The notes below the pieces were generated by a model that saw only the letters and a list, made by a program, of their open reading frames with translations, was not told the DNA's origin and searched no databases. A program made the translations under genes and the position numbers. 64,000 bases of DNA from Octopus vulgaris (Eukaryota), in the NCBI GenBank assembly GCA_951406725.2, contig OX597834.1:46438001-46502000 (forward strand), given 5' to 3'. Below, one piece after another: positions 54,150 through 64,000 of the stretch (the first letter of the stretch is position 1; each line of letters begins with the position of its first letter).

Positions 54150-55005
54150 GTTACAATAGGTAAACTGTCACCATTTTATTTTTTAATTTCGCACATGCGC
54201 ATTGCTTGTTTTTGATTTTGTTGACTACACAGCAAAGTAGGATCAGTTGGGCACCGTCTGTGAGAAAAACAGCACCATGACGCAATTCACTCAGCCAGAA
54301 ATTTCGAAACGACATGCTGTACTGCTTGGCATTCGCGCCGGAAGCTCCAATACGAACATTTCAGAGTGTTTGGGTGTCGATCTGTGGACATTTACTGAGG
54401 GTGATGAAAATCAAACAACCAATCAATATCATGGTGTTTGGAGTTATCACTAGTGAAGACGACGTTATGCCTCCATTCATCTTCCCACACGGCCTCAGAC
54501 TCAACACGGAGGACTACATTAAGTGCCTGGAGGAGGTAATGTTACCCCGGGTCAAAAGGGTGGTTGCTGAAAGACCCTGTGTCTGGCAATAAGATTATGC
54601 ACTATACCAGACGAGCAGGAGAATACAGTGATAGCTGTCAGACAATTTCTGCGACCACATCACCCCTAACATCTGGCCACCTAACCCCTTTTGATTATTA
54701 TGTGTGTTGCGCAGTTGAGCGACAGACCAACAAAACTCCTTGGAACACCAAAGATGAACTGAAAGCAAGGATTATGTCAGCGTTCACCTCCTTAAGCAAA
54801 GAGACCGTCCAGAAGTATTACAGGAGATTCCGAAGTCGTCTGGGGGCTGTGGTTGAAACCAATGGCAATTTTATTGAATAAATTTACTCTTTAGTGTGTC
54901 AAAATATTTTTATGTAATTTTGGTAAATATATCTATTAAAAGGAGATGTTTGTTAGTTTCATTTTTGCGTAATTTAGACGACAGTCTATTCACAGAACAC
55001 TGTAT
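54150..55005 (+). mobile_element. Internally deleted maT/DD37D-like Tc1/mariner transposon
   Basis: Peptides MTQFTQPEISKRHAVLLGIRAG, IMVFGVITSEDDVMPPFIFPHGLRLNTEDYIKCLEEV, PFDYYV and FRSRLGAVVETNGNFIE; 3' end cacagaacactgTA. Confidence 0.85.
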
Positions 55006-55046
55006 ATACACATTTACATATATGTAGAGAGAGGGGAGGGAGAGAG

Positions 55047-55089
<43 letters not shown>

Positions 55090-57029
55090 ATACTAGCCGA
55101 CACTCTCATGCGAGTATGGCCTGACAGTACGCAGCGTGCCTCAGGTAATAGTTGTAGTTGCGTGGAATAACTAAGCCTTCGTCTTAGTTATTCCACCCTT
55201 GGTGGCCAACAGGACATTGAGGATGTGGTGGCTGGAAATAGAAAAAGAGTCACCCCAGAACTAGGGTGGTACTCATTTTCAGAGGAATGAGCTGGAACAA
55301 TTATTGAACTCAACTCTGTTGAAGAATTGAACTAAGAACCTTATATCACTCTCCTCCGCCTCTCGCTCTCTCTCTTTCTCTCTCTCTGTATACATAATTC
55401 TGTATGTGTATGTATGCGTGCGTGCGTGTGCGTGTATGTTTGTATATACACACACATACATTGAGCAATTAATCTTCTTTCTCCATACTTTAGTCCCGAA
55501 CGGTTTCAATTCTCCACCCCTTTTCATTTAAGCCCTTTCTTTACACACTTACATCCACTACTCACCTCTTACTTTCCTATAGTCTCTTCAACTTCTACCA
55601 TCCACACACGCCTACACAACACTTTGAATTCATTACCCATCACCAGACACACCAACACGTTCAAACAACGTATACATGCACCCACCCACACGCCTTCTCA
55701 CTACTCCACATACACACTAGTAAATACACTTCCATTATGGGCCCCTGTGCTACCCATCTTCACACTTATTGTAGCAGGAACCTAATAACTCGCCTACACT
55801 TCTCTACACCCACAATTTTGTCACATTTATTCTATCAAACAACTCTATTCAGTTTGACACGCATAGCATTCTCCTACACACACATATACACACGAACAAG
55901 CAGAAAACCGCACACGGGCGCACACACATACACATATTTACACACGCACAAACACACACAGTACAGGCACACACTATAGCTTGATGCACACGCGCATAGA
56001 CAAAACATTAAACAAGGACACACACACTCGCACACACACAAACATAAACAGGCACAGACACACAATATCTATGCGCACAGTAGTTTCATGTGCACACACG
56101 TAGTGTATATGCACACACACACACACATACACACATGCACAAATGTCAGATAACTTCATAATGCACACATAAGCAGAAAACCTGGACAGAAACAAGCACA
56201 AACCAGGGACACCACGAGCGCACTCGCATACACACGTGTACACATTCACAAACACAAATTATGCACATTAGCTTCGTACACATGCTCGCATGTGGTCGCA
56301 GACATGCTAGGTGGACTGTTGTTTCCCTTGCTACTCACGCCCCAAGTCACTTTTCTCAATTGATCCCCAACCACTCACGCCTCAAGCGACCTCCTCCTAC
56401 TTCCAGTCATTCCATCATGCTGTGACCATCTAATAGAGACAAGTTTTCTCTTTTCTCTCCACACTTTTTCTCTCTCTTCGACAATTCTAAAAGATTTTTC
56501 CTTCTACCTTTCCTGCGCATAAACCTAATACACATTTTTTTACCTCGTCTTCGTGTTATTTATAATTGTTGCACACACACACACAAACACACACACACAC
56601 ACACACACACGCATGCGTTAAGGATAAGATATTTGGTCTTTTAAAAGCGCCGAACCAACGTGGATTCTTGGACCTATGCCTGATGAGCGGATTTCATCAT
56701 GTTTTTGCTAGCTGGCAGAATTGTTAGTGAGTTGGATATAATACTTTGTAGCGTTTCTTCCTGCTCTTTATGTTCTGAGCTCAAATCTCACCGACATCAA
56801 CTTTGCCTTTATTCCTTTCAGCGTCCATGAATTAAGGTACTCTTTAAGTACTGGCACCGTTGCTATCGCCTGTCCACTGCCCTTAAAGTTACTGGCTTTC
56901 TGCAAAACTTTGGAACAATTATTATGGTCAGTCATCCTTTCGGGGTTGATAAAATAAGTACCAGACGAGCGCTGGGGGGAACGGGGATCAACGTAATCCA
57001 CTAACGCTCCTACACAAAATGTTGAACCT

Positions 57030-57310
57030 TATTATTATTATTATTATTATTATTTAAGACGTCGCACAGTATCCAGTGTCGTGATGTTGTTGATTGTAGA
57101 TATTGTCCACCGGAGGTTTGTACTGTCTGTCAAGTCACAATAAGGACCTCAGACAGACACTACTTTACGCATACAGTTCCACGTAGTGCCGATTTTTGCA
57201 ATATACCTAGACTGTAGGGTATTTCTAAAGTTTCCAAATGTTCTTTTCAGGTTGGGTAGTATTGAACCCAATGCTCCGATGACAATAAGGACAACCTTTA
57301 TGTTTGACTG
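57030..57310 (-). mobile_element. RLE-type (Dong/R4-like) non-LTR 3' end with (TAA)n tail
   Basis: Minus-strand KVVLIVIGALGSILPNLK followed by a short UTR ending in taataataat. Confidence 0.6.
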
Positions 57311-58798
57311 TCGTATATATATACTAAAGTTTAAAAAAATAGAGACAGTTTCTATATAAAATCTTGATAACAATGCTTCATTTCAAAGCAAAAAGTTCTT
57401 AATATTTTTTTCCCTACTTTAAAGTATTAATAAACACTGGTTTTAGAAAGTCCAAAACTTTAAGTCCCAACCAACACTAAATTTACGACAACGAAAGATA
57501 TTCAAGCATTATTCATTTATTAAAAGAAAAAAATACCACCTCATCACACCCACTCTAAACATGACCTGTATTCACCCAGTGCTCTGAAAGTCGCTTCGAA
57601 ACCAGGGCCTCGAAAGTACATCTTTTATTACAGCCAGGACTGCATAGCAAAGACTGACTCTTCCTTTACGTACAGAAAATATTTCACCCACTAACAGCTG
57701 CCAACACTCTACGATGATCAAGTGGGGACCACAATGGAGTAATGCTTTCACATGTAAGGCAGTGCTACAGTTAGGCATACACACATCTTGAAACGAACTT
57801 AGAGAGGGGTCACTCAACTGAGTGGTCCTCAATCACAACAGACAAATACCACACTCTGGTCTACAGTCATCTTGTTTCCTCTCTCTTACTTTTTTTTCTA
57901 CCATCACTAAAATGGCCCCTGTACCTTTGAGCTGGCTGGTCTCCTACTTCCACCAAACTGGAACCCACTTCTTCCCTGCATTAACCATTATACCTAATTT
58001 CTCTTCCTCTGAACTTTATCTCACTGGAATTTCCTCCTTGCTCATATCTTTCCTGCTGGTGTTCAGCTACAACATTTCAAACAGAACATTTACAACATCG
58101 AACTCACGGGTCTCAGAGAAGCTGCAAGAGTCATCAGCTCTGGTCCTTACTCCAGACTAAGTAAAAACAAAAAAAAAAAAGCTAAATATGCGCAAATACC
58201 TTCTTTAAAATAAAATACCTTTAGGCAGAATGGGCGCCAACAAATCTTAATTTTTTTTATTTACTGTGAATTATGCAATACGGCCGAATGCTTAAGGGGT
58301 TTGCTTTGTAACGTCGATGTTGCGGGTTCGACAGCACTGCATTGCATTTTGGGGTCATTCCATTTTATCTACAATGAATTATACAGTATGGTGGCCGAAT
58401 GCTTAAGGGGTTTGCTTAGCAACGTCTATGCTGTGGGTTCGACCCCTTTGCGTTGCATTTTGGATCACTCCATATATTATGAGACAGTGCAGACGGAAAC
58501 TGCATAGAAGCCCGCTGAGGTGATTGTAATCTTTCATTTAAAATATACAGCCATACTATACAAACTGTTACGTATCTTCTACTTATTTCAATAGTCAGAC
58601 TGCGGCCACGCTGGGGCACCACCTCGAAGAATTTCTTTTACGGTCTTTTCAGCCGAATGAGTCGACCCTAGTGCTCATTTTCTTAAGCATAGTACTTATT
58701 CAATCGTTCTCTTTGCCGAACCACTAAGTTACAGTGACGTAAAAACACCAAGACTGGTTGCCAAGTGGTGAGGGGAGACAGACAGACGCAAACACACT

Positions 58799-58840
<42 letters not shown>

Positions 58841-59092
58841 TATATACGGCGTGCTTCTTTCAGTTTCCGTTAACCAAATCCTCTTACAAGGCTTTGGTTG
58901 GATTGAGACTATAGTAGAAGACACCCGCCCAAGGTGCTACGCTGTGGGACAGAACCCAGAACCATATGATCGGGAAGAAAGATTCTTGTCACAGCTGCGT
59001 CTGTCAATCAACTGAATTCAGGGGCAGGTAATCTAGTAGATCAAACAAGTAAATCGTCACCGTTGAACGACGAAGATCCAATACCCCCCCCC

Positions 59093-59128
<36 letters not shown>

Positions 59129-59612
59129 TACACACACAGACACACACAAACACATACACATCCCTCTCCACCATCACCACCAAAGTGCTCCAAGAGCAAT
59201 AACAAAAGTATGGGTACCAGTAATATACACGTTTCATTAAAATCTAGGCATAAAGAAAGAAAAGCAGAGAAACTAACTACAAAAAGAAAACACTTACAGA
59301 GCCTTGAAGCTTTAAGTACATGGTTATATTATCAAACGGTGTGGCGGAAGGATTGGTCAACTAATAGGGGACACTCCAGTAAGATATCCAAACAGTTTTT
59401 TTTCTCTTTTATGGTGTTGTCTTTGTTATAGTTGTATTGGTGGCAGCAGTTAGTAGTTGTAGTAGTAGTAGTAGTAGTAGTAGTTGATGATGATGTTGTT
59501 AGTTGGTGGTATTGTTTCGGTGGAGGTGTCGTGTTTGATTCTGGTGTTGTCGAGGCAACGATTTCGTCGTTATTGTTGCTGTTGTCGTTGTTGTTGCTAG
59601 TGTTGGTGGCGT

Positions 59613-59835
59613 TGGTTTTTGATGGTGGTGGTGTTGGTGGTGATGGTTTTTGATGGTGGTGGTGTTGGTGGTGATGGTTTTTGATGGTGGTGGTGTTGGT
59701 GGTGATGGTTTTTGATGGTGGTGGTGTTGGTGGTGATGGTTTTTGATGGTGGTGGTGTTGGTGGTGATGGTTTTTGATGGTGGTGGTGTTGGTGGTGATG
59801 GTTTTTGATGGTGGTGGTGTTGGTGGTGATGGTTT
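59613..59835. repeat. 31-bp perfect tandem repeat (TGGTTTTTGATGGTGGTGGTGTTGGTGGTGA), ~7 copies
   Basis: Units are identical; the 31-aa periodicity of the overlapping ORFs follows from a 31-nt unit. Confidence 0.92.
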
Positions 59836-60021
59836 TCCGAGTTGGTGGTAAACAAGACGCAATGGCAATTACTGAGATAATCCTCTGTCGCCGTCGCTGC
59901 TTTTGTTGTTGTTATTAGTGGTGTGGGGTGTCGGCGATGGTGGTGGTGGTTGCTATTATATATACTATTACAACTGTCCTACTATTTTTAGTCGTCGTGT
60001 AGTAGTAGTAGTAGTAGTAGT

Positions 60022-60054
<33 letters not shown>

Positions 60055-61422
60055 TGTTGCTGCTGTTATGGAGGTTATTGTTATAGTTGTCGCCAGACGT
60101 GTCGATGTTACGGACGATAAATGCTTTCACTGTTGTTGTTGTTGTTCTTGTTGTTGCAGATGTTACTACAGTTTTTGTTTCGACCCCAGATCATCCAACC
60201 GTGAAATTCAACAGACACTTATGCTGATCAAAAGCTTTCCAATCGTGGCTACCTCTTCTTAAAATATCGTCCGAGGAATCCTTCGGTTCTCTTTTTTTTT
60301 TTTTCGTTTTTTCTTTATTAAGACGTTATTTGGTTTGAGAGAATTTAACTCCTATTTCTAGCCCATCCAGCGACCACATAGACCCAGCGTCTCGTTGACT
60401 CGTTCGTACACCTCTACTTTCGTGTTTACTGCGCTCTTTCTCTTCTTTTCCTCAATGCACTCTTCACTACTGTGTCACATCTTTGTACTAGGTACAACCA
60501 ACATGGCACCCACTACACAACTTCCGGTCTGTGATTAGTAACGACGTCATGGAAGCCAGCAACGAAGACGCTGACATCTTTACAGCTGTTTTGGGTTTGG
60601 CTGATGTTGCTCCTAGTGGTGTTGGCAGTGGTGATGTTGTCGTTGTTGCTGCTGCTGCTGGTGGTGGTGGTACTGGTGGTGGTGTGCTGTTGTTGCTTTT
60701 GGTGTTGTTGGTGATGGTGGAAGTATCATTGTTGGTGGTGGTGGAGGTTGTCGTAGTTAATGGTGGTGGAGATTATAGCTGTGGCGGCAGTGGTGGCGAG
60801 TTGGTGTTGACGCTAAGATGTTGTTGCTGTTGTTACTGCTGTTGGTGGTGGTGGAGATGGTGGTGTGGTGGTGGTGGCGGCGGCGCTATTATCGTTGTTA
60901 TTGTTGATGTTGTTTTCGCTGTTCTTTCGTGTTGTTTTAATAGTCTTTGCTACGCATGTTGTTGTTGTTGTTGTCGTTGTTAATATAATTGTTAATGCTC
61001 AAATACCTCCGGGGTTCGATTTTACCTTTCATCTCTTAGGGGTTCGATAAAACAGGTACCAGATTAGCATTGGGGCTCGATTTAATCGATTAACCCCCTC
61101 CACCCGAAATCACTGGCCTTGTGTCGAAACCTGAAACCAATATTATAGTTAATGTTGTTGTTGATATTGGTGCCACATCTGTCGAAGTCCTCGTTGTTGG
61201 TGTTGACTCTAAGCAGTGTTACGTTGAAATCAGTCGATAGAGTAAACGCTGTCACTCTTAAAACCGATTCGATATTCAAGATACGATGTAGCAAACAACT
61301 GGCTGATAGCACTGTAACCGGAGTCTCGAATCACGTGGCCCAGTTTGTATGTGTATGTGTGTGAGTGGGGAGGTGGTGGCCTCTGCGTGTATGAGCGTGT
61401 ATGTGTGGGTATGTTTTCCATG

Positions 61423-61467
<45 letters not shown>

Positions 61468-61889
61468 TGAAAACATACCTACACAGACTGCTGATATTAA
61501 GCAATTAAGCAAAGTGTTAAACAATAATGGTATGCAAATTAGTAGCGCCAGTTCGCGGAAGCTATCAGATGTGATGCGTAGATAAACAGACTGGCTACTT
61601 GCTTCTCTGGGATTGGTCGAATGCTGTAGACATCTCTGACGAGACACCAATAAGGTTCGAAACTCGATGACGGGGTTTTATCATTTTCTTTTTAAATCAG
61701 AGAAATAAGTAAACTTGACATGATTATATGTATACCAAGTAGGTTTACACATACACATAAATACACACACGCACACACATAAGTGTGTGTGTGTGTGTGT
61801 ATATTTAGATACTGGAAGGGTACAAAGACGGGGGTGTTACCGAAACAATTGCAACTGGTCATTAAACGTGCTAAACTCCTTCTTTGGCT

Positions 61890-61956
<67 letters not shown>

Positions 61957-62904
61957 AAATATTATTTGTGGGTGTGGGGGCTTTTATTATTTATGTGTGA
62001 AGCTGAGGAAGGAAGCTGAGAACCTCTGTGTATCACATATCCGATATCCGGATAGCACTCTCTATACTGACCTCTTGTTGGCACAAACTTTTATGCCATA
62101 ATGCGTGCGTGTGTCTGTGTGTATGTGTGAGGCCAAAGTTTATGCTTCAAACTTTGGGCGGCATATAAATCTAAAACAACTACCGTAGGACTAACAACAA
62201 TAATAAAATAAAGATACTATTAATAATAACAATAATAGCAATATTTGGCGTGAAAGATGAACTACGGCAAATATTGTGCTCAATATCGTAGATTTGCCTG
62301 TCCGTTGCTTGACCTTAACCAGTTGAGCATGTCCTTTAGTGGCTGACGATATGTGCATCAGTGATCACGAGTAGGAGTAGTGGGGGAGCGTCATAGCCAT
62401 GTGTTGAGAGGGATTCTTTGGGGTTTGAATAATTCACCACTGGAAATAGGGATACTTCTTCCATCATCCTTAAACTGCCCTTATACAAGGACCTTTTGAG
62501 TGGGACGGGTTACTGAACCTGAAAATATTTTAACTGCTCCCACCCCAGATCTGCAAGGCCATGCGCTGTTTATCTTGATATGGGGTCACCACATCACGCA
62601 CATATGGCTGTGATGCATGTGCCAGGTGTACCCTAATCAGAAGGGTGGTCATGATGGGTATATTTGTACCCCAGCGTAATGATGATGATGATGATGATGA
62701 TTTATTTTATTTACTAAAGGGGAATAATGATAAATCCCGACCAAACTCTTTTATATTCAACAAGGACTATAACTTCAGCAACAGCAACAGTAGCAGCAGA
62801 AGTGGTCTAACAAGCAAGTGCAGCAGAAACAGCAGCAGCAGCAGCGACTGTTGAGAACAAACCAATTACCGCAGTAGTAGTCTGAGGAAAGAACTAACGG
62901 GATG

Positions 62905-64000
62905 ATGATGAAGAGCAGAGGAAGTGAGGAGGACGAAAAGGAAAGGAGAAAGTTTAATGATCGTCAGGGCTGAAGAGGCAGATTTAAAGGCTGAGGTATG
63001 AATATGCCAGAGGTGTTGCTATTGTTATTGCTATCGCTTGTGGTAGCGGTGGTGGTGGTGGTGGTGGTGGTGGTGGTATCGTCGTTGTTGTTTTGCCCTC
63101 AAGTCAATCTATGATATGGGTGTTAGATTTCCTAAAATATATATAAGTTAAATTTCTCGCAAAATCGCAGCCCCTCGTCTTGCAAAAGCAACATCAGTTT
63201 GGGCCAGCGCAAGACATGGGCATGCTCGGCAGTTGGCCGGAGACCCCAAGAGCCCAAGTACCCAATTTTAATTTAAGTACTTTGTGGCTTGCTCTCAATA
63301 AAAAAAAAATACTATAGGGTTCAGATCCCTGACTTACCCGGGTTCTTATAAGCTGATGTTGCTTTTGCAAGACGAGGGGCTGCGATTTTGCGAGAAATTT
63401 AGCTAATATTCTGTTGTGTCTGGGGAGAGTCATTTTCTTTTTGTGTGCCTTATAATGTAACACACTCACCGGTACAATTTCCCCTTATTTCATATTTTTA
63501 TTTTCCTAAAATTTTCATTGCGTCTTGCAACATTTTCAATAGTTTTGACTCTGGAAATGATAAAGGTTGCAGGACGCAATGAAAATTTCAGGAAAATAAA
63601 AATAAGAAATAAGGGGAAATTTTACCGGTGAGTGTGTTACATTATAAGGCACAAAAAGAAGATGACTCTCCCCAAACACAACAGAATATGCTTCAACACA
63701 CGAACTCATATAAAGAATCTTGCAAACCAAATCCAAAAACGAAATTTAGCTTATATATGTTTTAGGAATTCTAACACCCATATCATAGATTGACCTGAGG
63801 GCAAAACAACAACACCAACAATGAAGACGACACCACCACCACCAACAACAACAACAGCAACAACAAATATGGAAGCAACAACAATAGCAACATCTCTGGC
63901 ATATTCATACCTCAGCCTTTAAATCTGCCTCTTCAGCCCTGACAATCATTAAACTTTCTCCTTTCCTCTTTGTCTTCCTCCTTCCTCTCCTCTTCATCAT
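62905..64000. repeat. Nested inverted-repeat complex (outer arms enclosing two inner hairpins), running off the window end
   Basis: Outer arms 62905-63156 / 63741-64000; inner A 63149-63197 / 63353-63401 (49 bp, perfect); inner B 63406-63531 / 63566-63689 (few mismatches). Confidence 0.9.

Noticed and set aside
59613-59835. 31-bp repeats as a CRISPR array or repetitive protein
   Set aside because: No spacers, eukaryotic context, and a unit length not divisible by three.

Overview
Repeat-rich, AT-rich animal genomic DNA. The SINE families and microsatellite density point to an octopod cephalopod (inference). One protein-coding gene can be fully reconstructed on the minus strand: a GAS2 (growth-arrest-specific 2) homologue with six coding exons (36921-36681, 32513-32392, 30840-30699, 26830-25863, 12011-11916, 2128-1895). 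All introns are GT-AG with matching phases, giving 1803 nt / 600 aa with a CH domain, a very long acidic linker and a GAR domain that lacks the canonical Zn-binding CxC/DPC residues. The rest is introns and upstream DNA filled with microsatellites, tRNA-derived SINEs, decayed Tc1, maT, mariner, pogo and hAT DNA transposons, RTE fragments and restriction-like-endonuclease (R4/Dong-like and CRE-like) non-LTR fragments. The most notable non-genic signal is a set of short foldback (palindromic) elements carrying minimal type I hammerhead-ribozyme-like motifs of the kind found in Penelope-like retroelements. There is also a nested three-way inverted-repeat structure at the right end. Nearly all ORFs in the supplied track are microsatellite artefacts. 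Repeat boundaries were placed by eye and are approximate.
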